Origin: an uncultured Nitrososphaerota archaeon
Lineage (GTDB): Archaea > Korarchaeota > Korarchaeia > Korarchaeales > Korarchaeaceae
Assembly: GCA_964618805.1 (NCBI GenBank)
Contig: CAZUBM010000005.1
Span: 32,094-96,093 of the forward strand
Reading direction: 5' to 3'
DNA: 64,000 bases
This document shows, piece by piece, positions 10,065-19,565 of the stretch; position 1 is the stretch's first letter; the number at the start of each line of letters is the position of its first letter. Position numbers and translations under genes: made by a program. Under the pieces are notes generated by a model. That model searched no databases and had not been told where the DNA came from. It saw nothing but the letters and a program-made list of their open reading frames with translations.

Positions 10065-10367
10065 ATGAGAATAAGGTCATATGTGTTTGCATTTTCAGCT
10101 GCGGTTTTAGGCGCTTCTATGTCATTAAATGAAGTGGTTGCAAAGCCCGTCATCGACCTTAGTCCCATGATAGATGACTTCATTAAAGAGCTTGGTCAAC
10201 TCCTTTTAACAATTAAAGGTGCAGTTTTGAGCCTTGGTAAGATTTTAGGAGGTACTATCTTGATTATTGGACTTGTTCTATGGGCAAGCGATTTGTTTGC
10301 ATATAAGGGAAGAAGGTTAATAACAGCAGGGGCATTACTTCTCCTCATTTTAGAGCTTCTGTCCTAA
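10065..10367 (+). CDS. Small membrane protein with leader and two hydrophobic helices (VirB2/TrbC pilin-like)
   Basis: Hydrophobic leader, amphipathic helix, TM1 ILGGTILIIGLVLW, basic loop YKGRR, TM2 LITAGALLLLIL; GGAG SD upstream. Confidence 0.55.
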   Translation: MRIRSYVFAFSAAVLGASMSLNEVVAKPVIDLSPMIDDFIKELGQLLLTIKGAVLSLGKILGGTILIIGLVLWASDLFAYKGRRLITAGALLLLILELLS

Positions 10368-10374
10368 CCATAGC

Positions 10375-11448
10375 TTAAGCAATAGGATACCTTAGTAAAG
10401 CTGCAATTCCTCCAAAGTTTTGTAACAAGCGACCAGGTTCACCCTTTGAACTAAATATGTGAAACTCAGCCCTCGTTTTCTCGCACATATCTAAGATATT
10501 CAGAATTTGAGCCTTATTCTTAGGCGAAAAGAGAAGTTTATCAAGTATAAGAACTTTTTCAGCCGCTCCTGCATTTATGGCCATTCTAACATCGTCGAGA
10601 CCATAAGCTACTAAGTTCCTCTTTTTTGATATCCTAAAAAGAAATTCCTCCATAAGCTCTGAATGTAAGATTAATGAAATCTCTTGGAGTAGTTTCTTGA
10701 ACTCCCCTCTCTTCAGAATCTCCTCGAGCCCATTCATGGTAGCAGATGATGCATGGCCTATCTTCGTTATCGAAGCTAGTTCTGGTCTTTTTTCGGACAG
10801 ATATGACATGAACTTTTCTTTCATAAAGCCAGGACCTGCTACTATAATGGCCTTCGATTTGAATCGATCCAAGTACTCTTGAATAATGTCTGCTAATTTC
10901 TTAAAGTAAGCTCTTTCATGCGAATATCTATCTAAATCTCCAGCGCCTTTTGATGGAATCTGTGATTCGACTTCGACAAGTTTTCTAAGTCCATACTCAT
11001 CAACGCTTCCTACTACTGCCTTTTCTTCATCCATAGCCATTAGAAGAATTGTACCAATAGAACTTGCTTTTTTAGCTCTCTCTAACAAGGTTAAAAAGGC
11101 TGAGTGCCATTCAGTTTTTATTATCTTAATAGTAGACCCCTCTTTTACGTTAATAGTATGATGTCTCCCTTTAACGGAATATTTCTCAGGACATTCTAAG
11201 ATAATGCCAGAGATCCTTGTTCTGTACGAATATGGATCAATCGTTATTTTCTCCACTCGCAGGGTTAACTTCATTGATATACGCTCGGTTTTATTACTCT
11301 CTCTTCCCCCTACCCTTATTTTCCGAGTTGTGACAGCAGTTACTAGATCACCCTGCTCTACTATTCCAGTTAACCAATATAGGTCCTCTAACCTCTCTAT
11401 CCTTATTACTAACTCCCTTTCCTTAGCGTTTAGTGAGAGTATTTTCAT
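10375..11448 (-). CDS. pelA: mRNA surveillance protein Pelota
   Basis: EDLYWL...GDLV, GRHHTINV, IVAGPGFMKE, LVAYGLDDV, FGGIAALLRY. Confidence 0.95.
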   Translation of the reverse strand: MKILSLNAKERELVIRIERLEDLYWLTGIVEQGDLVTAVTTRKIRVGGRESNKTERISMKLTLRVEKITIDPYSYRTRISGIILECPEKYSVKGRHHTINVKEGSTIKIIKTEWHSAFLTLLERAKKASSIGTILLMAMDEEKAVVGSVDEYGLRKLVEVESQIPSKGAGDLDRYSHERAYFKKLADIIQEYLDRFKSKAIIVAGPGFMKEKFMSYLSEKRPELASITKIGHASSATMNGLEEILKRGEFKKLLQEISLILHSELMEEFLFRISKKRNLVAYGLDDVRMAINAGAAEKVLILDKLLFSPKNKAQILNILDMCEKTRAEFHIFSSKGEPGRLLQNFGGIAALLRYPIA

Positions 11449-11454
11449 GCTTAA

Positions 11455-12636
11455 TCAGCCAACAGCCACAACTCTTATGCCAGCAGGGATTTTTGTAATG
11501 TTGTGCGTGCTACCACCAACTATCATCTTAACACCAGCAGCAAACGCTTTTTCTATTATTCTCTGGGTTATTATCCCAGAATAAACAACATATCTTACTC
11601 CCTCATAATCGTCAAGTGTTTCGTATAGAGAGTTGATTGGTACTTTAGCTATCACTTTTAAGTCCTCATCCAAGAGGATTGCCTCTCGCTTGTTCGTTAC
11701 CTCCTTAAAGAATTGTACTAATGGTCGTGGTATCTTTCCAGATACACTTGGCGGGTGTGGCTCTGCCTTTCTTACCTCTTCCTTAGCCTGTTTCAGCCCT
11801 AAGAGATTTCTAGCTTCTTCCGCAGGGATAGCAGAAGAAAGCGCTTTTCTAATCTCCTTTGCAGTTAAATTTTCCACTCCCTTTCCTTTTGGAGCTCTTG
11901 CTACATAATCTATATCTGTTTGCTCTAATAAAGACCTTAGAATCATTTCTCCTCCTCGGTCACCGTCTACAAAGGCTATTGATTCTTTCTTTGAGATCAA
12001 ATCAACTAAGCTTTTAGGAATCTTTTCAACAGCCCCGCCTATCGCAATGACGTTATCAAACCCATATCTTAATAAATTGTTAACGTCGGCTCTTCCCTCA
12101 ACGACGATGATTTCTCCAGAATCTCTTACTCCCACGCCACAAGGCAACTTCTCAGGTCCATAATAAGTCAGCCGCATTGTTGCTGTTTCTTTAACAACCT
12201 CATCTATCAGATTCCTGTAGCTCTCCTCTGCCTTGGCTCCCCAATGTCTGAGAATATCTATTGCTCTCCTTCTTATCCTTTCTCTATCGCTTTCCCTTTC
12301 ATCTACTATTCTTTGTAGCGATAGAGAAGCCTGATATGGGCCAACTTTATCTACCGTCTCTATCGCAGCGGCTAGCAGGGCTGTTCTTATTCTATCAAGG
12401 TTTGATCTAAGTTCAATAATGCCAACAGAGTGGTTATCCCTGCGTCTAAGTTTAACGACTATCCTTCCCACTTTGCCAGACTGTTGAAGCTCTCTAAGCT
12501 CAAGTTCTGGGCCCAGTAACCCCTCAACTTGACCGAATATTGCACCTATTACATCACTCGGTTCTACTACTCCCCTCACTTCTATACTAAATGTTGCTAA
12601 GTACTTATGAGAGGGGGTAGGCTCATACTGATTCAT
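11455..12636 (-). CDS. dnaG: Archaeal DnaG (TOPRIM, exosome-associated)
   Basis: DVIGAIFGQVEGLLG, LQQSGKVGRI, VVEGRADV, AFVDGDRGG. Confidence 0.95.
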   Translation of the reverse strand: MNQYEPTPSHKYLATFSIEVRGVVEPSDVIGAIFGQVEGLLGPELELRELQQSGKVGRIVVKLRRRDNHSVGIIELRSNLDRIRTALLAAAIETVDKVGPYQASLSLQRIVDERESDRERIRRRAIDILRHWGAKAEESYRNLIDEVVKETATMRLTYYGPEKLPCGVGVRDSGEIIVVEGRADVNNLLRYGFDNVIAIGGAVEKIPKSLVDLISKKESIAFVDGDRGGEMILRSLLEQTDIDYVARAPKGKGVENLTAKEIRKALSSAIPAEEARNLLGLKQAKEEVRKAEPHPPSVSGKIPRPLVQFFKEVTNKREAILLDEDLKVIAKVPINSLYETLDDYEGVRYVVYSGIITQRIIEKAFAAGVKMIVGGSTHNITKIPAGIRVVAVG

Positions 12637-12680
12637 GATAATCGTCCACCCTAATACAATCCAAATGAAAGTATCATTGA

Positions 12681-12763
12681 AATTGTTCGCCTACCAACTA
12701 GTCCCGAGGATCAAAGATCGGCCCACGCCGTCCTCTCTCACCTCGGGTCATGTGGTGGTAGGC
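12681..12763 (-). ncRNA. Putative box H/ACA guide RNA
   Basis: Minus strand: lower stem GCCUACCA/UGGUAGGC, pocket CCACAUGA/ACUAGU, upper stem CCCGAGG/CCUCGGG, K-turn-like UGAGA...UGAU, GA-ACA 16 nt below pocket top. Confidence 0.65.
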
Positions 12764-12786
12764 AAGTCTAATAGGTAGTAAGTCAT

Positions 12787-13863
12787 TTAAAAAGACCTCG
12801 CGATCACTATTTCATTTAAGTCTCCCAGAAATTCAACGAAATCCTCCGTAAATAGGTCCTTGTTAGCCTCTATATCTTTCTGATTTTCCCTCAAAAAATT
12901 CAAAGCCGTTTCTCTCGTATAGTCCAACACTCCAAGCTTCTTAACGATTCTCCTAACGTAATCAAGCTCTGTAGTGCCAATACTTTGGTTTCCGAGGATG
13001 GACAATAACTTTCTCTTTATCTTATCATCGGCTAGTTGCCATGTTTTAACTACTAGGAGAGTCCTTTTTCCCTCCTTGACGTCACTATCTGCTGGTTTCC
13101 CTATGATCTTCTCGTTACCATATAATCCGAGTATGTCATCCTGAAGTTGAAAAGCTACACCTATTCTCTGACCGAATTTTTTGAGAAAGTTTATTGCTCT
13201 AGCGGACGCTCCTGCCAGTATGCCACCCATTGCAAGAGAGGCCGAAAACAACGTTCCTGTTTTTAGCGAGAGCATTTTGAGTACTTCTTCTTCTGTGGGC
13301 ATTGTAACGGTACTTAGATAGAGGTCTAATAGCTGACCTTCAATTAATTTTCTATACGCAATTAAGTACTCAGAAGCTGCTTTCATTAGGATGTTTTCAG
13401 GGAAGCCTGATTCTAGAAGAGCTTCAAGACCTAACTCTATAAGGCTATCTCCACCAAGTATCCCTATTGATAGTCCTGCATTTCTTGGAGCTGGCGTTCT
13501 TGGAGAAAGACGCGACCAATCCTCCATTTGATAGTGAAAGGAGGGTCCTCCTCTTCTCTTTAGGCTCTCATCCATTATATCATCGTGGATTAATGAAGAA
13601 TTATGCAACAACTCCACGGAGATCGAAGCTCTTATGATGTTTCCCTCCTCTCCTCCGTTAGAGCCATAATATGAGGAGATTAAAGCAAGAGGTCTTAGTC
13701 TTTTGCCCCCTCTTAGGACGTAGGAGGAGAGTTCTCTATAATATCTAGCAACAACCTCGTCTTCTTGAGTTGAAATTTTTTCACTAAAGAATTTTCTTAT
13801 CTCTTGTTCAATTAAGGGAACATATTTAGTTCGTAATAGGTCAAGCTGTTTTCCCATCTTCAT
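12787..13863 (-). CDS. idsA: Polyprenyl (GGPP) diphosphate synthase
   Basis: GGKRLRP, LIHDDIMD..RRG, GQLLD, KTGTLF, FQLQDDILG, SDVKEGKRT. Confidence 0.93.
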   Translation of the reverse strand: MKMGKQLDLLRTKYVPLIEQEIRKFFSEKISTQEDEVVARYYRELSSYVLRGGKRLRPLALISSYYGSNGGEEGNIIRASISVELLHNSSLIHDDIMDESLKRRGGPSFHYQMEDWSRLSPRTPAPRNAGLSIGILGGDSLIELGLEALLESGFPENILMKAASEYLIAYRKLIEGQLLDLYLSTVTMPTEEEVLKMLSLKTGTLFSASLAMGGILAGASARAINFLKKFGQRIGVAFQLQDDILGLYGNEKIIGKPADSDVKEGKRTLLVVKTWQLADDKIKRKLLSILGNQSIGTTELDYVRRIVKKLGVLDYTRETALNFLRENQKDIEANKDLFTEDFVEFLGDLNEIVIARSF

Positions 13864-14071
13864 CCAGTGACTTCAATCGATGAACTATAAATCAGTTGTG
13901 TGAAAATTGTAAATCAACCATAATAGATTAGTCGAGTAAAATGTTCTTTAAAAATTAATGAAAGATTGATAAGAAGGGAAGGGTGTTTTACGAAGCATAG
14001 AATAAGCGTAGTAAAGGTTAAAAGCATAAGAGTTAAATGCCATCTTCAACTAATGGGAAGGTAGATCTCGC

Positions 14072-14278
14072 ATGGGTACAGTGAGAGAGAGAACCATAAA
14101 GAGAATAGCATATAAGCTCATCAAGGAATACCCAGAACTTTGGACTACAGACTTTGAACACAACAAGATGTTAGTTGCGAGAGTAGTTGATGTTAAGTCT
14201 AAAGAGTACAGAAACCGCATAGCAGGATATCTCACTAGGCTTAAGGTTAGGGAACAGAAAGGAACTCTAGTTCTATAG
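14072..14278 (+). CDS. rps17e: 30S ribosomal protein eS17
   Basis: MGTVRERTIKR, TTDFEHNK, RNRIAGYLT. Confidence 0.95.
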   Translation: MGTVRERTIKRIAYKLIKEYPELWTTDFEHNKMLVARVVDVKSKEYRNRIAGYLTRLKVREQKGTLVL

Positions 14279-14425
14279 AAAGAGAACTTTTAACACTTTC
14301 TGGGCCATAAAAGCCTGTGAAAGATATCTGCGTTCTTAGAATTTAAATAAAAGCATTTCCGACTCGATTTCATCGCTTTCATCGCTTTCTCAGAAAAGCA
14401 TTAAAAAGCTCCATTTGCTGAGATC

Positions 14426-15850
14426 ATGGTAAGCATGCGAGAGTTAAATGGACACGAATCACTGCTATCAAAAATTCAAGGGAAGAGAGCTAAAATCGTC
14501 GTCTTAGGTCAGGGATATATAGGTCTACCATTGGCTCTATTATTAAGTAAGGCAGGATATTCTGTCACTGGTTACGACGTCAACAAAGAGCTGATCAAAG
14601 ATCTTAGAAAGGGTAAAGCTAAATTCTCAGAGCCAGATGTAGAGAATCTTCTTCAAGAATATCTTTCTTTGGGAAGATACGTTCCGGAGAATAGAATAGA
14701 TGCAGCTTTGTCCGATAAGGATGTCTATATAATAGCAGTTCAGACGCCGGCCAAGTTAGACGGTCAACCTAATCTCACATACTTATTATCTGCGCTAAGG
14801 TTGGTTCTCTCTTATGCTAGAGGTAGATATTTACCCATTCTCCTCATAATCGAAAGTACAATTCCTCCAAAGACTATGGAAGAAGTCATATTACCTCTTT
14901 TAGAGAAAGAGGGTTTCTTTTTGGGAGAGGACATCTTTCTAGCATATTGTCCAGAAAGAGCTATGCCTGGAAGGCTGCTTAAGGAACTTTCTGAAGGAAA
15001 CAGAATAATAGGTGTCATAGATGAATCATCAGGTAGATTAGCAGCAAACCTCTATTCAAGTTTTACAAAAGGAGATATAAAGATAACACATGCTAGAACG
15101 GCTGAACTTGTGAAATTAGTTGAGAACTCTTATAGAGACGTTAACATAGCATTTGCAAATGCTATTGCTCTAGCTTGCGAGGCTCTTAACATTGATGTAG
15201 ATGAGGTACGGGCTCTAGCAAATCTACATCCAAGAGTCAATATTCTAAGACCTGGTATAGGCGTTGGAGGAAGCTGCCTGATAAAAGATCCATATTTCCT
15301 TATCAACTCTGTTTCTAACTCCAATATTGATTTGAACATCATCCGAACCGCAAGAAAACTCAATGAAGAGCTACCAAAGCATGCAGCTAAGCTGATAACA
15401 GACGCCATAGAACATCGTGGTAAGAGACCTGAAAAGTCACTGATTGCTATTTTAGGAATAACATACAAAGGAAACGTGCGAGACTGTAGAAACAGTCCAG
15501 TCCTCAAACTCATACGTATGCTTAAAGAAAAAGGTTTTAGAATCAAGATATATGATCCACTCGTCGGGGAGACCCCTGGGGATATAGATGAGCTTTGTAA
15601 GAGTCTAGAAGAAGCGGTAAGAGGTTCAGACTGCATAGTCATTGGCGCAGAACACTCTATGTTTCTTAAAATGGATTTAAATGGGATAAGAGGGCTGTGT
15701 AATGAGCATCCGATATTTTTTGATGGAAAACATGTTTTTGACAGAAAGTTAGTAGAGGAAGCTGGTTTTGAATACTTAAGTGTGGGATGTCCAGCTAATG
15801 TCATAGAAATTTTGAGAGAAATTGCGGAACATCATATATACGAACCTTAG
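14426..15850 (+). CDS. wecC: Nucleotide-sugar dehydrogenase (UDP-ManNAc/GlcNAc 6-dehydrogenase family)
   Basis: GQGYIGLP, IESTIPP, YCPERAMPG, KLVENSYRDVNIAFAN, PGIGVGGSCLIKDP. Confidence 0.85.
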   Translation: MVSMRELNGHESLLSKIQGKRAKIVVLGQGYIGLPLALLLSKAGYSVTGYDVNKELIKDLRKGKAKFSEPDVENLLQEYLSLGRYVPENRIDAALSDKDVYIIAVQTPAKLDGQPNLTYLLSALRLVLSYARGRYLPILLIIESTIPPKTMEEVILPLLEKEGFFLGEDIFLAYCPERAMPGRLLKELSEGNRIIGVIDESSGRLAANLYSSFTKGDIKITHARTAELVKLVENSYRDVNIAFANAIALACEALNIDVDEVRALANLHPRVNILRPGIGVGGSCLIKDPYFLINSVSNSNIDLNIIRTARKLNEELPKHAAKLITDAIEHRGKRPEKSLIAILGITYKGNVRDCRNSPVLKLIRMLKEKGFRIKIYDPLVGETPGDIDELCKSLEEAVRGSDCIVIGAEHSMFLKMDLNGIRGLCNEHPIFFDGKHVFDRKLVEEAGFEYLSVGCPANVIEILREIAEHHIYEP

Positions 15851-16880
15851 ATTTGCCTCTTGTTATCTCTCTTGCAATAAAGTATAATGAAGAATCCACA
15901 AACACAAGAGAGTTTAGCTTCATATCCCTTGCTAGCTGAAGTATTTTCAAGAAGTGCCCTCTTATCCCTTTAGATCCCGCCTTAAAGGATAAAAGTGATC
16001 CAGCTCCGCAAGCTGCCCATGTAGGCATATCAATGACTCTTACGCCCTTAATTTGGGAAACAAGTTCTTCGCTCGAATAATTCAACTCATAAGAATCACA
16101 ATAGCCGATAATTCCTAATCTTATTTCCTTCTTTGATCCATTAAACCTGAGCTTTCCGCCCTCCACAGCTTCTCTTATCGCGTCAACTACATGAATTGCA
16201 TTTATTTCACCTATCTTTTGAATGAAATCAAGGCATGGACGAGATAGAACTACAAGTTTTCTTATTTTAAAGGCGCTTAATTGGTTTTCACATTCTTCTA
16301 AGGCTCCCTCTGAGAGATATTTATAACCAGCAAGCCTTAAGAAGGCTCCACAGCATAACTCCTCTCTTCCAATAGTTTCTATGTCCATAAATTGCTTAAG
16401 AAGATGGAAGGCTGCTACTGCAGATTCTGGGACTTCGCTTGACAAGCAAGTGGAGAAGAAAAATGTATCTCCCTTTCCAGGCTGATAGTCTGGTGGGAGC
16501 CATTTAGCCTTTAGCTCTCTGCTTCCAAAAGCTAAGCCCTCTTCTGAGAGCTTAGTTGGCATACTAGCTACTTTTGGAGGTGGTACATATCCTTGATCGA
16601 TTAAGGCTTCTCTTATCGCTAAGATCAATCTTGAAATCTGAATGCCTACAGGACATGCATCGTCGCAACGCCCGCACATCATACACTCGTATGCATATTC
16701 TATGAAATCGACGGATATCTCTAGTTCTTCTTCAACTAATCTAGGAATTTGTAGATATGCCCTCGGTCCGAGAAATTCCTTCCTTTCTTGAGAAATAAAA
16801 ATAGGACATGCGTGATTACAGGCTCCACACTTAATGCATAGATCGAGACTCCTCAGCAATGATTCTGGGAAAACGCTCAT
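15801..16880 (-). CDS. Fe-S oxidoreductase subunit (GlcF/GlpC-like, CCG domains)
   Basis: Two CxxCxxCxxxCP motifs, ELCCGA; second CCG degenerate; convergent 50-nt overlap with wecC. Confidence 0.85.
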   Translation of the reverse strand: MSVFPESLLRSLDLCIKCGACNHACPIFISQERKEFLGPRAYLQIPRLVEEELEISVDFIEYAYECMMCGRCDDACPVGIQISRLILAIREALIDQGYVPPPKVASMPTKLSEEGLAFGSRELKAKWLPPDYQPGKGDTFFFSTCLSSEVPESAVAAFHLLKQFMDIETIGREELCCGAFLRLAGYKYLSEGALEECENQLSAFKIRKLVVLSRPCLDFIQKIGEINAIHVVDAIREAVEGGKLRFNGSKKEIRLGIIGYCDSYELNYSSEELVSQIKGVRVIDMPTWAACGAGSLLSFKAGSKGIRGHFLKILQLARDMKLNSLVFVDSSLYFIAREITRGKSKVRIYDVPQFLSKFL

Positions 16881-18245
16881 TCACATCTCCCTCAAAGGGA
16901 TCAGCTTTCCTGGGTTCATTATATTCTTCGGATCAAGGGCTCTTTTTAGCAACTCTAATAATCTCACAGCGTCAGGAGACGATTTGAAGTATTGCTCAAT
17001 CATAGAGACGCCTATCCCAGTTCCAAAGCCTATTGAACCTCCTAATTTAGAAACTCCATCTCCAACAAAAGAAACGGCCTTTTCAGCCCTTTCACTCTCT
17101 TTCTTCTCTTCGGGAACAAAGAGAAAAGTAGCAACAATCCATCCAAGAGCTGGATGAAACGTAGTTAGGGATGGTAGGTTGAGTCTCATCGATGCTTGGT
17201 CCACTCTTTGGAGAAGATCCCTCATCTTATCTCTATAAATCGAGAAGCTTATGGATAGGCCTGTCATGTGTTTCGCCTTCATGACATCATACAATACTGA
17301 CACCTTTCTCCAGTATTCCTTAACATCCTCATCTTCGAGCTCTTCCATTTCTACAGGATCTAGTTCTGTAATGATTTCCCGCAATTTTGGAACCCAGGTA
17401 GATAGCCATAAGGGATCTCCTCTTAGTTCTATTAATCCTATGAAATCTATGTAATCTGTGCTAATTTCTTCTCCTATTTCCTTAAGCGCATCTCTGTAAA
17501 TGGCTTGAAAAGCAGATATCTTTATACCCCTCCTCTCTGCTTCTTGCACGATTGAAATTGCATCAGAACTATCGCTCATCTTCACATAAAAGGCATGTCT
17601 TGCTTCTGGCTTAGAAGCAAGTTTTACGGTGGCCTTTGTTATTATACCCAATGTCCCCTCTGATCCTATAATAAAATCCATTAGATGTCTTTGCTTAGAA
17701 GGAGCCTTCGTCCCAAGATGAGCTATTTTCCCATCTGGCAATACAACTTCGATTTCTAGAGCGTTGTTTCTAGCAGTACCATAAACAGTTGATAAGGGGC
17801 ATGCTGAGTCTTCTGCAAGTATTCCACCGATGGTTGAAAGACCTCTTACTTCAGGATCTATAGGAAAGAAAATGTTCTCTTCGAGAGCATTATTAAGCTC
17901 AGATACCGTTACTCCAGCCTCTACAGTTGCTAACAAGTTATCTTCGTCTATCTCAATAATGTTGTTCATTTTTAGTAAATCGACAACTATTCCTCCTTTG
18001 ATTGGAACAGAGCCTCCAACTATCGAGGTCCCGGAACCGCGCGGCGTTATAGGAGTTCCTGTTTCATTGGCAATTTTCATTATCTCAACAATTTCTTCGC
18101 TATTAGATGGTCTTACAACTACATCTGGGTATCCTCTAATGTTAGAGGCATCGTAGGAATATGATGCTAACTCTATTTCTCCCGTAAGTACATTTTCAGC
18201 GCCTACAATGCCAGAAAGTAGTTCAATAAGCTCTCCCTCTTTCAT
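16881..18245 (-). CDS. FAD-binding oxidoreductase, GlcD/D-lactate dehydrogenase fold (divergent)
   Basis: PRGSGTSIVGGSVP, GSEGTLGIITKAT, LDPKNIMNPGK. Confidence 0.85.
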   Translation of the reverse strand: MKEGELIELLSGIVGAENVLTGEIELASYSYDASNIRGYPDVVVRPSNSEEIVEIMKIANETGTPITPRGSGTSIVGGSVPIKGGIVVDLLKMNNIIEIDEDNLLATVEAGVTVSELNNALEENIFFPIDPEVRGLSTIGGILAEDSACPLSTVYGTARNNALEIEVVLPDGKIAHLGTKAPSKQRHLMDFIIGSEGTLGIITKATVKLASKPEARHAFYVKMSDSSDAISIVQEAERRGIKISAFQAIYRDALKEIGEEISTDYIDFIGLIELRGDPLWLSTWVPKLREIITELDPVEMEELEDEDVKEYWRKVSVLYDVMKAKHMTGLSISFSIYRDKMRDLLQRVDQASMRLNLPSLTTFHPALGWIVATFLFVPEEKKESERAEKAVSFVGDGVSKLGGSIGFGTGIGVSMIEQYFKSSPDAVRLLELLKRALDPKNIMNPGKLIPLREM

Positions 18246-18351
18246 ATTTAGTCACACATGCTTCCTATTGATGGCATAGAATTTTAACATTTTATACCAA
18301 CTGCAGGGAAGGTACTTGAGATCTTCAAATTCGCTTCTCCAAAGCCTTCCA

Positions 18352-18441
18352 AAAGAAGAGATAAGGAATGAAATAAGAGATATGGCCCTTCTGCTTGCTA
18401 AGGAGCTTAGTCATGCATCAAAGAAAGAGCTGAGGAACTGA
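18352..18441 (+). pseudogene. Short remnant resembling the RFC large-subunit C-terminal helix
   Basis: Translates KEEIRNEIRDMALLLAKELSHASKK, aligning to KEVRKEAKDIALMLAKKLHISSSK of the ORF at 63626-63940. Confidence 0.4.
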
Positions 18442-18577
18442 TCACTTCCCTTCCCTCTTTTTTATGTGCCTTCCTCTCAAGTTCCTCAATAAGCTCGTCA
18501 GGAAGCGCACATGCCATTTTGCTCTGCTGTGTGAATGTATTTAGTTATTCTTTAATTTTCACAATTAGTTATGAAAA

Positions 18578-19565
18578 ATGATGATAAAAGTAAAAGGTCT
18601 CGTCAAGACGTTCGAGAAAGGAAGAAAGAAAATCTATGCGCTTAAAGGTGTCTCTTTTACTGTGGAGAGAGGAGAGATATTCGGCTATCTGGGGCCGAAC
18701 GGTGCTGGCAAGACGACCACGATCAAGATACTGACAACGATCTGGAAGCAAGACGCGGGGGATGCGTGGGTGGCTGGATACGACGTCAAGAGCATGCCGG
18801 GGAAGGTGAGAGATAGGATAGGATGGCTTGATGGAATGAACATAGAGCTAATGTGGATGACCCACGCGCCTGTAAAGTATAACATTTTATACTTCGCAAG
18901 CCTCAACGGCGTACCCTCGAGCCTTGCGTTGGATAGGGCAAGAGAGCTTATGGAGCTTCTAGATCTGGATACCGGCCTGGATATGCCCATATACAAGTAC
19001 TCTTTTGGAATGAAGGCCAAACTTGCCCTAGTCGTGACGCTCCTTCATAATCCTGAGGTTCTCTTCTTGGACGAGCCGACCATAGGTCTCGATGTACCTA
19101 CACGATTGAAATTCTATGATATACTAGAGGAACTTAGAGATGATGGGAAGACTATCTTTCTAAGCAGCCACATGCTCCACGAAGTGGAGAAGGTTTGCGA
19201 CAGGGGCAGCGATCATAAACCATGGCGAGATCATTGCTCTGGACAAAGTTGGCGAACTCAAACTCCTGTCTCTAATTGACGTGTTAAAAGTGAAGCTCAG
19301 GGTTTCAGGCGATGAGGATGTAATCAGGGGGGTTTTAAGGAAAATTCCCAGGCTTAAGGTATCTAGCTTCACGAAGGCTGGTGAACGCGAGTACTTAGTC
19401 AATTTTAGGATTCTAAGGGAAAATTCAGATCTAATCGCAACTGCTAATGAGCTTCTAGTTAAGGAAGGCGTTAAGGTTCTTAGAATAGAAGAACAAATGC
19501 CGAGCTTGGAGGAGGCGTTTATCAGCTTGATTGGGGATGAGAATGCAAAGGCTACTTCCCAGTAG
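18578..19565 (+). pseudogene. ABC-2 exporter ATP-binding subunit with +1 frameshift
   Basis: GPNGAGKTT, YSFGMK, LFLDEPTIGLD, SSHML; after CDR an extra G in GGGG (19203-19206); the shifted frame continues AAIINHGEIIALD...SLEEAFI. Confidence 0.85.

Noticed and set aside
14369-14390. Tandem TTTCATCGC repeat upstream of wecC
   Set aside because: Only two copies of 9 nt; compatible with chance
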